NCBI GenBank assembly: GCA_965228895.1
Contig: OZ245842.1
Span: 3,968,001-4,032,000 of the forward strand
DNA from: Alphaproteobacteria bacterium
GTDB lineage: Bacteria > Pseudomonadota > Alphaproteobacteria > SP197
Length of the DNA: 64,000 nt
Reading direction: 5' to 3'
Part shown: piece after piece, positions 1 through 9,406 of the stretch
How positions within the stretch are numbered: position 1 is the stretch's first letter
How the letters are laid out: each line of letters begins with the position of its first letter
The notes under the pieces: model-generated
What the model saw: only the letters and a program-made list of their open reading frames with translations
Databases searched by the model: none
What the model was told of the DNA's origin: nothing
Translations under genes and position numbers: made by a program

Positions 1-493
1 CGAAGAGATGCCGCGGCTTGAGGCCGGGCCAGGAACCGGAGCCGTAGCGCAGGCCGACATCGATGCCTTCCTCGATCATGTCGAGCGGCGCGTCCGACAC
101 CCTGATGCGCAACTCCAGATCCTTGTTGGCCGAGCGAAACGCCGGCAGGCGCGGCGTCAGCCAAAATGTGGCGATGGCGACCGTGGCGGTCACGGTAACC
201 CGGGACGACCCGGCGACGTGACCCAGTTCGCCAGCGGTCTTGGCGATGTCGCCCAGGCTCTTTGAGACCGTCGCATGAAGCGCGTGACCGGCTTCGGTCA
301 GCTCGATGGCGCGGTGGCGGCGGAAGAAGAGATCGGTGCCCAGATGCTCTTCCAGGATGCGGATATGCCGGCTCACCGCCTCGCGGCTGACGGTCAGTTC
401 CTGGGCCGCGCGGGTAATGCTCAAATGCCGGGCAGCCGCCTCAAAGGCGACCAGACTGTTGACCGGCGGAAGACGCATACGCAGGCTTTGCAT
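1..493 (-). CDS. LysR-family (GcvA-like) transcriptional regulator, partial (runs off window start)
   Basis: Manual minus-strand translation from ATG at 493: MQSLRMRLPPVNSLVAFEAAARHLSITRAAQELTVSREAVSRHIRILEEHLG..., a LysR HTH. Absent from the ORF track because no stop lies in the window. Divergent from the flavin reductase gene. Confidence 0.9.
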   Translation of the reverse strand, partial: MQSLRMRLPPVNSLVAFEAAARHLSITRAAQELTVSREAVSRHIRILEEHLGTDLFFRRHRAIELTEAGHALHATVSKSLGDIAKTAGELGHVAGSSRVTVTATVAIATFWLTPRLPAFRSANKDLELRIRVSDAPLDMIEEGIDVGLRYGSGSWPGLKPRHLF

Positions 494-598
494 GAAAAAA
501 AGCTTACGCGAAGATCAGCCTTTTTCAAGTTTACCGAACGCCTCGGGAAACCCTCTACTGCGTGGCGTCGCACCGTGCCGCGAACCGGAGGTCTGATC

Positions 599-1114
599 AT
601 GAGCTTTTTCGAATGCGCCCCCAGGCTTGGCTTTCACGACGCCTTTCGCCAGGCGATGCGCGGGGTCGCCGGCACGGCGCACCTGATCACCGCGGTCGAC
701 AAGGAAGGCGCCTGGTACGGCATGGCGGCAACAGCCGTGTCGTCCGTGTCGATGGATCCACCATCCATTCTGGTTTGCATCAACCGCGACGCCGCGACGT
801 GCGCGCCGATCGACGAGCGCGGCCAGTTCTGCGTCAACGTGCTGGCGGAGGATCACCGCGACCACTGCGCGCGCTTCGGCCGGCCGGACGCCCGCCACAC
901 CCGGTTCCATCACGGCGAGTGGCTGGACCACGACGGCCTGCCCTATCTGGCCGACGCCCAGGCCGCCATCTTCTGCGACGTCGCGCAGCGCGTCAGCCAC
1001 GGCACGCATAGGATCTTCATCGGCAATGTCAGCGACATCATGCTGCCGCGCGAAACGGTCAATCCGCTGGTCTACCTCGACCGCAACTTCGTTTCGCTGG
1101 CCGCGACAGCCTGA
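599..1114 (+). CDS. Flavin reductase family protein
   Basis: FRQAMRG...GMAATAVSSVSMDPPSILVCIN...HGTHRIFIG...PLVY motifs; GGAGG RBS before ATG at 599. Confidence 0.9.
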   Translation: MSFFECAPRLGFHDAFRQAMRGVAGTAHLITAVDKEGAWYGMAATAVSSVSMDPPSILVCINRDAATCAPIDERGQFCVNVLAEDHRDHCARFGRPDARHTRFHHGEWLDHDGLPYLADAQAAIFCDVAQRVSHGTHRIFIGNVSDIMLPRETVNPLVYLDRNFVSLAATA

Positions 1115-1245
1115 GGAGCGTTTCACCCCAACAACGGTTGGCCGGCCTGCGATCCGCGATTGCGGTGGATCGTGCGCCATGGCATGTCGCGTTCCATCAG
1201 ACAGTGCCGTAACCGGCCACGACAAGAACAGGAGAGGCACTGCCC

Positions 1246-2058
1246 ATGGAAGCCACCGACACCGGCATGCGTCTTGAAAGGCGCGGCCATGTTCTGGAGA
1301 TCACGCTCGACCGGGGCAAGGTAAACGCCATCGACAACGCCATGAGCCGCGAGCTCGGCAAGGCGTTTGTCACCTTGCGCGACGATCCCGACCTCAGGGT
1401 CGGCCTGATCACCGGCGCTGGCGAAAAGATCTTCTCGGCAGGCTGGGATTTGAAGGCGCTCGACAGCGGCGACCAGGCGCTCGACAACTGGTGGGAGAGC
1501 GAGGACGCGGCGTCCGGTGGTTTCGCCGGCATCACCGAAATGTGGGACCTGAACAAGCCGGTCATCGCCGCGCTGAACGGCATGGCGATCGGCGGCGGCT
1601 TCGAGATCGCGCTGGCCTGCGACCTCATCATTGCCGCCGACCACGTCCAGTTCCAACTGCCCGAAATGCCGCTCGGCATCGTGCCCGACGCCGGCGCCCT
1701 GCAGCGTCTGCCGCGCCGCCTGCCCTATACGATCGCGCTCGAAATGCTGCTGATGGGCCGGCGCATGCCGGTCGAGGAGGCCCAGCGCTATGGCCTCGTC
1801 AATCTGATCGTGCCCGCCGCCGATCTGATGACGACGGCGCGCGCCTGGGCCGATCAACTGGCCGAGTCGGCCCCGCTTGCCGTGCAGACGGTGAAAGAGG
1901 TGCTGCGCGCCGTCGAGGACGACACCATCCAAACTGCATTCCACACCATGCGCACCGGCGATCTGCCGACCTATCGCCACATGCTGCGCTCCGACGATGC
2001 CAAGGAGGGCGTGCGCGCCTTCGTCGAGAAACGTAAACCCAACTTCAAGGGGGCCTAG
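1246..2058 (+). CDS. caiD: Enoyl-CoA hydratase, carnitinyl-/crotonobetainyl-CoA hydratase (CaiD-like)
   Basis: FSAGWDLK, GGFAGITE, KPVIAALNGMAIGGGFE, LPEMPLG crotonase motifs; next to a carnitine dehydrogenase-like gene. Confidence 0.8.
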   Translation: MEATDTGMRLERRGHVLEITLDRGKVNAIDNAMSRELGKAFVTLRDDPDLRVGLITGAGEKIFSAGWDLKALDSGDQALDNWWESEDAASGGFAGITEMWDLNKPVIAALNGMAIGGGFEIALACDLIIAADHVQFQLPEMPLGIVPDAGALQRLPRRLPYTIALEMLLMGRRMPVEEAQRYGLVNLIVPAADLMTTARAWADQLAESAPLAVQTVKEVLRAVEDDTIQTAFHTMRTGDLPTYRHMLRSDDAKEGVRAFVEKRKPNFKGA

Positions 2059-2068
2059 GGAACCGGGA

Positions 2069-3025
2069 ATGGCGAGAAAAGAACCTGGCGCGGTAAAGCG
2101 CATCACCAGCATCGGCGCCGGCCCGATCGGCGGCGGCTGGTCGACCTACTTCCTGGCAAAGGGTTACGACGTCACCGCCTATATCCACGACGCCGCTGAA
2201 GAAGAACCGCTGCGCGGCCTGATCGATAACGCGTGGGCGGCCATGGAAGAGCTGGGTCTGGCCGAGGGCGCCTCGCGTGACCGGCTGACCTGCACGACCG
2301 ATCTTGCGGCGGCCGTCGCCGATGCCGAGTTCGTGCAGGAAAGCGTGCCGGAAATCCTGGATCTCAAACAGTCGATCTACGCCAAGCTCGGCGACATGGT
2401 GCCCGAAGACGTCGTGATTGCGTCCAGCACGTCGGGCCTGATGATGACGGACATCCAGGCAACGTGTTCGACACCGGAACGCACGGTCACCGGCCATCCC
2501 TTCAACCCGCCTTATCTAATGCCGCTGGTCGAGGTCGTCGGCGGCGAGAGAACGGCGCCGGAGACTGTCGAATGGGCCGGCGCGTTCTATGAGCACGCCG
2601 GCAAGGCGCCGTTGATGATGACCGCCGAGGTGCCGGGCTTTGTCGCCACGCGCCTGCAGGAAGCGATCTGGCGGGAGGCGCTGCACATGGTCAATGAGGG
2701 CGAAGCCACACCCGAGCAGATCGACACCGCCATCGTCAACGGGCCGGGGCCGCGCTGGGCGATCATGGGACCGTGCATGGTCTATCACGTCGGCGGCGGC
2801 GAAGGCGGCATGGAGTACTGTCTGGAACAGTTCGGCCCGGCGCTGAAACTGCCGTGGACCCGCCTGGTGGCGCCGGAACTGACACCGGAACTGCGCGCCA
2901 AGATGGTCGACGGCTGCGACCGCATGGCCGGCGACAAGGACTTCCGCCAGCTGACCCGCGAGATGAACGACGGTTTGGTCGCCATCGCCAAGGCGCTTAA
3001 CGCCATCAGGGCGGCATCGTCCTGA
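2069..3025 (+). CDS. L-carnitine dehydrogenase-like 3-hydroxyacyl-CoA dehydrogenase family protein (no fused thioesterase)
   Basis: IGAGPIGGGW Rossmann motif, QESVPE, SSTSG, GHPFNPPYLMPLVEVVGG, GPGPRWA, QFGPALKLPWT. Confidence 0.85.
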   Translation: MARKEPGAVKRITSIGAGPIGGGWSTYFLAKGYDVTAYIHDAAEEEPLRGLIDNAWAAMEELGLAEGASRDRLTCTTDLAAAVADAEFVQESVPEILDLKQSIYAKLGDMVPEDVVIASSTSGLMMTDIQATCSTPERTVTGHPFNPPYLMPLVEVVGGERTAPETVEWAGAFYEHAGKAPLMMTAEVPGFVATRLQEAIWREALHMVNEGEATPEQIDTAIVNGPGPRWAIMGPCMVYHVGGGEGGMEYCLEQFGPALKLPWTRLVAPELTPELRAKMVDGCDRMAGDKDFRQLTREMNDGLVAIAKALNAIRAASS

Positions 3026-3123
3026 ACCCAACGACCAGTTCACGACGAAATTCGCTTGGTGCGTCCGAAGGGATCGTGAAGGATGCGCCAAGACGAATCG
3101 CGACCGAACAAGGGGCAGAAACC

Positions 3124-3651
3124 ATGGCCGTTCCAGCAGAGCTTAAAGCCGTCTTCGAGGCCGACACGGCCGACGATGCCAAGATGGGCGACCTCATGAA
3201 GGTGCTGTGCGACGTGCTGGACTGCGATCGCTGCCTTCTGTTCCTGCGCGATCCCGATAGTCGCAAGTCGCGCTGCACCCATGGTTATGAGACCGACCCT
3301 TCCTATGCGCTTGACCGGCCTGATGACGGCTGGGCGACGGAACCGGAAAACCTGGTGAGCGACGACCCGATGTTCGCCGAGGCCATGCACAATCCCGAAG
3401 CGCTCTATATCGACAACATCGAGACCGCGTCGCCCGACCTTGTGAACGCTGCCTATGAGCGCGAACACTTCAAACACCAGGCGCTCGTCCACGCGCCGCT
3501 GCAGCAAGGCGGCAAGCTCTACGGCATTCTGGAGCCCTGCACGATCGCCGCACCACGCCAATGGACCGATGCCGACCGCGAGACGATCGCCTGGACCATG
3601 GAACAGCTAACCCCGATCGCCGTGGCCTATGTCGCCGCGAACTGTCACTAA
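3124..3651 (+). CDS. Stand-alone GAF-domain protein
   Basis: [13 protein letters not shown]...[17 protein letters not shown]...PRQWT GAF-like pattern. Confidence 0.75.
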   Translation: MAVPAELKAVFEADTADDAKMGDLMKVLCDVLDCDRCLLFLRDPDSRKSRCTHGYETDPSYALDRPDDGWATEPENLVSDDPMFAEAMHNPEALYIDNIETASPDLVNAAYEREHFKHQALVHAPLQQGGKLYGILEPCTIAAPRQWTDADRETIAWTMEQLTPIAVAYVAANCH

Positions 3652-3716
3652 TCCTTTTGCGGCCCCGACCTTTTGACAACCCGGGGGCCGCCCCAACCCA
3701 TGAGGACCGAACGACC

Positions 3717-4604
3717 ATGAATACCGACGTCATCATCACATGCGCCGTGACCGGCGCCGGCGACACCACCGGCAAGAGCGACAAGGTGCCGGTGACACCG
3801 GAGCAGATCGCCGACGCCGCCATCGAGGCCGCCAAGGCGGGCGCGGCCGTCGCCCACATGCATGTGCGTGACCCTGAGACCGGCAAGGGCGCACGCGATG
3901 TCGAGCTGTTCCGCGAGGTCGTCGACCGGGTCAAGGCGAGCGACACCGATGTCGTGATCAACCTGACCGCCGGTATGGGCGGCGACTTCGTGCCCGACGA
4001 GAACGATCCGACCGTCGCCGCGCCGGGCAGCGATCTGATCGGGCCGAAGGAACGGCTGGCTCATGTCGAGGCGCTCCGCCCGGAGATCTGCAGTCTGGAC
4101 TGCGGCACCATGAACTTCGGAAACGGCAACGAGACCTATATCAACACCGCGGCCTTCATTCGCCAGATGGCGGCCGACATCAAGGAACTCGGCGTCAAGC
4201 CGGAGCTTGAGGTCTTCGACCTCGGCCAGGTGCGCCTGGCGAGCCAGATGGTGACCGAGGGTTTGATTGCCGAACCACCGCTGTTCCAGGTCTGCCTCGG
4301 CATTCCCTGGGGTGCGGGCGCCGATACCCGCTCCATGACCGCCATGGTCGACGGCCTGCCCGAAGGCGCCAACTGGGCGGGCTTCGGCATCAGCCGCATG
4401 CAAATGCCGATGGTGGCGCAGGCCATGCTGCTGGGCGGCAACGTCCGCGTCGGGCTGGAGGACAACATTTATCTCGATCGCGGCGTCCTGGCATCGAACG
4501 GCGATCTTGTGGCACGCGCGGTCGAGATCATCCAGCGCCTTGGCGGCAAGGTCCTGAATCCCGAAGAGGCCCGTCAGAAGCTGGGATTGCCGACCAAGCA
4601 TTAG
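3717..4604 (+). CDS. Beta-keto acid cleavage enzyme (BKACE/DUF849), 3-dehydrocarnitine cleavage-like
   Basis: [41 protein letters not shown]. Confidence 0.92.
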   Translation: MNTDVIITCAVTGAGDTTGKSDKVPVTPEQIADAAIEAAKAGAAVAHMHVRDPETGKGARDVELFREVVDRVKASDTDVVINLTAGMGGDFVPDENDPTVAAPGSDLIGPKERLAHVEALRPEICSLDCGTMNFGNGNETYINTAAFIRQMAADIKELGVKPELEVFDLGQVRLASQMVTEGLIAEPPLFQVCLGIPWGAGADTRSMTAMVDGLPEGANWAGFGISRMQMPMVAQAMLLGGNVRVGLEDNIYLDRGVLASNGDLVARAVEIIQRLGGKVLNPEEARQKLGLPTKH

Positions 4605-4668
4605 AGCGGATTCACCCGCCTTGACGGGGTCGCAAAGCGATCCCATCACAACAGGATCTGCTCTAATG
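4599..4668. repeat. Inverted-repeat element overlapping the BKACE stop codon
   Basis: CATTAGAGCGGAT (4599-4611) pairs 12/13 with ATCTGCTCTAATG (4656-4668); internal hairpin GGGGTCGC-AAA-GCGATCCC. Confidence 0.55.
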
Positions 4669-4798
4669 GATCGAAAGTATTAGGAAGACTTATCCACAAG
4701 GGGTGTCTTGTTTTACCCCCTATTGGTTAGTACTTCGTTCGGTGTTTGTTTCGCGATGTTCTCATTTCCGAGCAGCCAGCTCGGGATTCACCGCTGAA

Positions 4799-5563
4799 TC
4801 AGGTGGAATCGCTCGATAACGCGCCGCCGTCCATGGCCAGCATAGAACCTGTCATGAACGCGGCCGCTGGCGAGCAGAGAAACAGGATGCCCTGGGCGAC
4901 CTCCTCGGCGGTGCCGACGCGGTCCAGCGGGTACCATTCCTTCAGATCGTCGATGGTCGCGCCGGGTTTGCCGAAGATATCGAGGTTCTGGCCGCCCATC
5001 TCGGTCGCGATGACCGCCGGGCAGACGCAGTTCACGCGAATGTCCGGCGCCAGCTCCTGGGCCATGGCGCGGGTCAGGTTGACCACCGCGCCCTTGGTCG
5101 CGCAGTAGACGGTGGTCTGAGCCGAGCCGGCGAGACCGGCACTGGAGCCCAAATTGACGATCGCGCCCTTTGAGGCGCGCAGCGCCGGCAACAGCGCGCG
5201 CGACAGGAAGAACGTCGCCTTGACGTTGATGTCGTTCAGGCTGTCCCACGCCGCCTCGTCGCTGTCCTCCATGGAGGCCACGACGTAGATGCCGGCGTTG
5301 TTCACCAGGTAGTCCAGACCGCCCAGACCGTCGACCGCGGCCTTGGCGACCGCCTCGCAGACCGCGACCTCGGATAGATCGCCGGGCGCCGGCACCATGT
5401 TGTCGCCACCCAGATCCGCCATCAGCCGGTCGACGCTTTCCTGGCTGCGACCGTTGACAGCCACACTCGCTCCGGCTTCAAGAAACGCCACCGTCGTGGC
5501 GCGCCCGATGCCGCGCGTCGCGCCCGTCACCAAAACTTTCTTGCCGGAAAAATCCATGGTCAT
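4799..5563 (-). CDS. SDR family oxidoreductase
   Basis: TGATRGIG, NNAG, YCATK. Confidence 0.92.
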   Translation of the reverse strand: MTMDFSGKKVLVTGATRGIGRATTVAFLEAGASVAVNGRSQESVDRLMADLGGDNMVPAPGDLSEVAVCEAVAKAAVDGLGGLDYLVNNAGIYVVASMEDSDEAAWDSLNDINVKATFFLSRALLPALRASKGAIVNLGSSAGLAGSAQTTVYCATKGAVVNLTRAMAQELAPDIRVNCVCPAVIATEMGGQNLDIFGKPGATIDDLKEWYPLDRVGTAEEVAQGILFLCSPAAAFMTGSMLAMDGGALSSDST

Positions 5564-5566
5564 CTC

Positions 5567-6445
5567 CTACCAGCGCAACAGGGGGATCGCCGCGACCGGG
5601 CGGACATTGGCGTCGCGGCAGGCGGTGTCGATCAAGTGTTGATCGGGCATGGCGTCAGGAGCAATGCCCCAATCGTGGGCCGGCAGGCCACCGGTAATCC
5701 ACACCGCGTCCAGCCCGGCCAGACGGGCGCCCAGAATATCGGTGTGCAGGCCGTCGCCGATCGCCAGCATCGAGGCGCCAGGCGCTTCGCCCAACACGTC
5801 CAGACAGTGGCGATAGACGCCGGGCAGCGGCTTGCCTTCCTGGCGCATGTCGCCGCCCAGTTCGACAAAGCGCTCGGCAATGCGCCCGGCACACAGTTCT
5901 CGGGACTCGCCACGCAACACCGACTTGTCGGGATTGGTACAAACCATCGGCAAGCCCAATTCCAGGAATTCGGCCAACATGGTCTCAAAATCGGAGAGCT
6001 GCTCGTCGCGGGAGCGGATGCCGCAACACAGGACGAAGTCGGCGTCCTTGGCCTCGGCCACGCGTTCGAAGCCGAGGCCGTCCAAGAGCTTGGCGTCGGG
6101 CTCCGTGCCAATATGAAAGAACCGGTGGCCCAGTCCGGCATACCAGGGATCGGTCGCCTCCTCGATCTCCAACCGGACCGCTTCACCCGCCGTCATGATG
6201 GCATCGTAGGTGCCGGGCTCGACACCCATGCGGCCGATCTGATGCGCGACGGCCGACGACCGGCGCGGTGCGTTGGAGAGGAAAATGACCTTGGCGCCAT
6301 CGCCTCTGACCCGCGCCATCCAGGCGAGCGCGGCGGGATAGGCCTCTATGCCGTTATGCAGGCAACCCCACAGGTCGACCACATAGACATCATAGCCGGC
6401 ATCCAGTTCCGAAAGGCCGGCAAGCCTTGGTATCCCTGCTGTCAC
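5567..6445 (-). CDS. HAD-superfamily class IIA hydrolase (TIGR01459-like)
   Basis: DLWGCLH, SNAPR, CTNPD, GKP, IGDGLHTDILGA. Confidence 0.9.
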   Translation of the reverse strand: MTAGIPRLAGLSELDAGYDVYVVDLWGCLHNGIEAYPAALAWMARVRGDGAKVIFLSNAPRRSSAVAHQIGRMGVEPGTYDAIMTAGEAVRLEIEEATDPWYAGLGHRFFHIGTEPDAKLLDGLGFERVAEAKDADFVLCCGIRSRDEQLSDFETMLAEFLELGLPMVCTNPDKSVLRGESRELCAGRIAERFVELGGDMRQEGKPLPGVYRHCLDVLGEAPGASMLAIGDGLHTDILGARLAGLDAVWITGGLPAHDWGIAPDAMPDQHLIDTACRDANVRPVAAIPLLRW

Positions 6446-6448
6446 GCC

Positions 6449-6913
6449 TCAGCCGCCGTCGGACGTCGCCGCGTCCGTCATGCCGCCCAACCCCTTGTTC
6501 ATCATCTCTATTCGCGCCTCTTCGCCCTCGATGCCATAGCGCTCGACAATCAGCACTTCCGGCTTGGCGTAGGCGAGCCAGACCTTGCCGTCGGCGTCCT
6601 CGTAGACAACCACCTTGATCGGCAGGTCGATTCCGATCAGCGGATTCTTCGCCATCAGCGGCGTGCCAAGCGCGGGCTTGCCAAAGACCAGAACCTGGTT
6701 CGGCGCCAGGTCCATTTCGACAGACGCGGCCGCGGCGGCATGGTCGACCCGTGCGATCACGACGAACTCCTTCTCCTGAACGATGGCCTCCAGGCGATCC
6801 ATCGTCTCCTGCACCGAATGGGCGCTCGCCTTGATGATAAAGGCGTCGTTTGCCGCCGCCTGCATAGGCAAGGCAACGGCGATGAGTGCGAACAAGGCGA
6901 ACAGTCTTTTCAT
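6449..6913 (-). CDS. DUF302-domain exported protein
   Basis: Signal peptide MKRLFALFALIAVALPMQAAA; ARVDHAAAA...FGKPALGTPLM...GIDLP. Confidence 0.85.
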   Translation of the reverse strand: MKRLFALFALIAVALPMQAAANDAFIIKASAHSVQETMDRLEAIVQEKEFVVIARVDHAAAAASVEMDLAPNQVLVFGKPALGTPLMAKNPLIGIDLPIKVVVYEDADGKVWLAYAKPEVLIVERYGIEGEEARIEMMNKGLGGMTDAATSDGG

Positions 6914-7033
6914 GGCGGTCTCTCCGGTTTCGGCGCCCGGCGCACCATGCCAGATAGGCACCACGTGCCGTCAAGGACGGAACACGCGAGCGCCGGTTCA
7001 ATCGGCCGTGAAACAGGGCCGCGCAAGGCAGCG

Positions 7034-8173
7034 TTAGAGATCCTGTCTGGTTCCCAGGCCGCGATCCAAGATCGTTTCGACGGCCAGGATCATGGTCATG
7101 TAGCCCTGCCAGTCGACGTTGTCGGGATCGACATGGGTGAAACTCGACACCAGAAAGAGATCGGTGTCCGGCACGGCCGATTGGAGGTTCAGGCTCTCGG
7201 TATAGGGCACGATCTGATCGTCGAGCCCATGGACCAGGATAAGCTCGCCTGCCAGCGGTTCGACGTCATGGCGCGATGGCGAGAGCGCCGTCAGCGACGC
7301 AAGGATCGATGGCGGCAAGGCCTCAAGCAGCGCGCCGGTCTGATCGGGATCACGGTTTTCGAACAGATCCATCAATGCCAACGCGTCGGTCCCCAGATAG
7401 CCGCGCAGGTTGGAGAGGTCGACATTGGGATCCTCTGCCTTTTGCCGCGCGGCTTCCTGCAGCAGATCGCCTTCGGCCGGGTCATGCCAGCGCGCGGCGT
7501 TGGCGGCCATGAAAACCCAGCCGGCGCGCAGGTTGCCGGGACCGTACTGCCAAGTCGTCTCGCCGGTCTGACGAAACGCACCGGTGGTGAGATAGGTGAT
7601 AACGCTCTCAGCGTCGTGATAGCCGCCCAACGCGACGACGTAATCGACCTCAGCGGCAACGCGTGGATCGATCGCCGCGACAATCGCCGGTCCGGCGGCG
7701 TAGGAAACCGCCGCCATACCGACCGGTGTATCGTCGCCGGCATCGCCGGTCCGCGCCTTGATTGTCGCAATCAACCCTTCGACATCGACCTCGCTGACCA
7801 TCAGGCTGCGCGACCCCGGCAGGTCGGGCACGTGAACGGCGAAGCCGGCGCGCGCGAACGTCTTGGCGAGCGCCATCAGGCGCATATCGTCTTTGCCGGC
7901 CGGAGAAAATCCCGGCACCAGGATCAAGTGACCGCGATACCCGGCACGGTCGACATAGGTGTCAACGCCAAGGCTTTCGCCGGAAAGGGGCACGAACCCG
8001 GTCGAACGAACGGGCGCATCAGTCAAATCCTTGATCAGGCTTGCCCCGTCGGCGGCCACCATGTCCTGCAGTACCATGGCCGGCGTGGCGAAGCGCCACA
8101 GCAGAAAGCCGGCAACGATGAAACAGACAACGAGCAGCCCCAGGCCGGTGCGGATCAGAAGTCGGCGCGTCAC
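7034..8173 (-). CDS. Membrane-anchored alpha/beta-hydrolase fold protein
   Basis: N-terminal TM helix; AVSYAAG elbow-like motif, HGLDDQIVP, FTH. Confidence 0.65.
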   Translation of the reverse strand: MTRRLLIRTGLGLLVVCFIVAGFLLWRFATPAMVLQDMVAADGASLIKDLTDAPVRSTGFVPLSGESLGVDTYVDRAGYRGHLILVPGFSPAGKDDMRLMALAKTFARAGFAVHVPDLPGSRSLMVSEVDVEGLIATIKARTGDAGDDTPVGMAAVSYAAGPAIVAAIDPRVAAEVDYVVALGGYHDAESVITYLTTGAFRQTGETTWQYGPGNLRAGWVFMAANAARWHDPAEGDLLQEAARQKAEDPNVDLSNLRGYLGTDALALMDLFENRDPDQTGALLEALPPSILASLTALSPSRHDVEPLAGELILVHGLDDQIVPYTESLNLQSAVPDTDLFLVSSFTHVDPDNVDWQGYMTMILAVETILDRGLGTRQDL

Positions 8174-8379
8174 GGACGTGCTTTCTTCACCGTGGGCCGG
8201 CGGGCATGGGCGGACGGTTTGATGTTATGGCTTGCAGCATGGCCGAGGCGCCTGAACTCTCTACCGAACAGAGGGCATTAGACCCTCTGGAAGATGGCAA
8301 TCATGGGGCGATCGCGCGACCCTTCGCCGACGTCCCGACAAAGGGCGGTACGATCGTTACGCCCGTCGACGATTGCCGT

Positions 8380-9354
8380 TCAGGCCGACTTGCGGCGGTG
8401 ATCGAAATTGCGGTTGGTGAACGCCAGGATGTGGTCGAGGTAGCGGATCGGCGGGAACGCAGGCGGTCTGTCGGCGTTCTGGCAGGTCGGCAGGCAGGCG
8501 ATCTCGGCCTCGAAATCCGGATCGAAGAAGAACGGGATCGAATAGCGTTCGGCGCCGGCCAGATTGACCACCCGATGCGGCGTCGAGGGGTAGAGACCGT
8601 TGGTCCAGCGGCTCAGGATCTGGCCGATATTGACCAGAAACATGCCGGGCATAACGGGTGCCGGAAACCATTCGCCGTCGCGGCTTTGAATGTCGAGCCC
8701 GCGAACGTCGGCTTGCGCCAGATAGGTCGTGAAGCCGGCATCGGTATGCGGCCCGGTGCCGAACTCCTCACCGTCGAAGCGGTCCTGCGGCGGGTAGTGC
8801 GAAATGCGCAACGTAATGCTGGGTTCGCGGAACGATCCGCTGAAATAGTCTAGCGGCAGATCCAGTGACGCGGCGAACAGCGGCAGCATGCGGTGGCCGA
8901 GCGCCTCCATGGCGTTCATGTACTCCAGCATGGCGGGCCGAAAGCCAGGAAGCTCCGCGGGCCACTGGTTCAGACCGCGCAACGGAAGACCGGCCACGAC
9001 GGCGGGGTCGTCGGGGTCCCGGTCACGCTTCATAAAGTATGATGCCACCAGATTGGGCCGGGTTGCCGCATGCACCGTCGAGCTGCGCTGCATGCTGGTT
9101 TGCGAGGCCATGTAGCCGATGTTGTGCTCGTTGATCGTGTAGGCCTGTTTGACGTCCAGCGGCAGGGCGTGAAGCGCGCGGGTTTCGGCGAACGCGCCAT
9201 CCACGGTTTCCTGGGGCACGCCATGGCCGGCCAGAAAAAAGAACCCGACATCGATGCAGGCGGCCCTGAGTTCCCGGCCAAGACGTTCGTGAGAGGCCTC
9301 GTCGCCTGCCTTCAGCGATCCGACATCGATGACCGGTATGCCGCCGCTTTCCAT
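8380..9354 (-). CDS. Isopenicillin N synthase-family 2OG-Fe(II) oxygenase
   Basis: IPVID, GFFFLAGHG, HTD...H iron triad (GPHTDAG, STPHRV), RYS. Confidence 0.92.
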   Translation of the reverse strand: MESGGIPVIDVGSLKAGDEASHERLGRELRAACIDVGFFFLAGHGVPQETVDGAFAETRALHALPLDVKQAYTINEHNIGYMASQTSMQRSSTVHAATRPNLVASYFMKRDRDPDDPAVVAGLPLRGLNQWPAELPGFRPAMLEYMNAMEALGHRMLPLFAASLDLPLDYFSGSFREPSITLRISHYPPQDRFDGEEFGTGPHTDAGFTTYLAQADVRGLDIQSRDGEWFPAPVMPGMFLVNIGQILSRWTNGLYPSTPHRVVNLAGAERYSIPFFFDPDFEAEIACLPTCQNADRPPAFPPIRYLDHILAFTNRNFDHRRKSA

Positions 9355-9406
9355 CGTTGGCCTCGTTACCTGTGGCTGATACCCGCCATGGTAGACCAGC
9401 GGGCCC

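Noticed and set aside
275-598. Long N-terminal extension of the flavin reductase ORF
   Set aside because: It is the antisense of the LysR gene; the RBS supports a start at 599.
4690-4698. DnaA box as replication origin
   Set aside because: Single box, no box cluster and no origin-linked genes nearby.
5636-8281. 881-aa plus-strand ORF
   Set aside because: Antisense shadow of three real minus-strand genes in high-GC DNA; no recognisable motifs.
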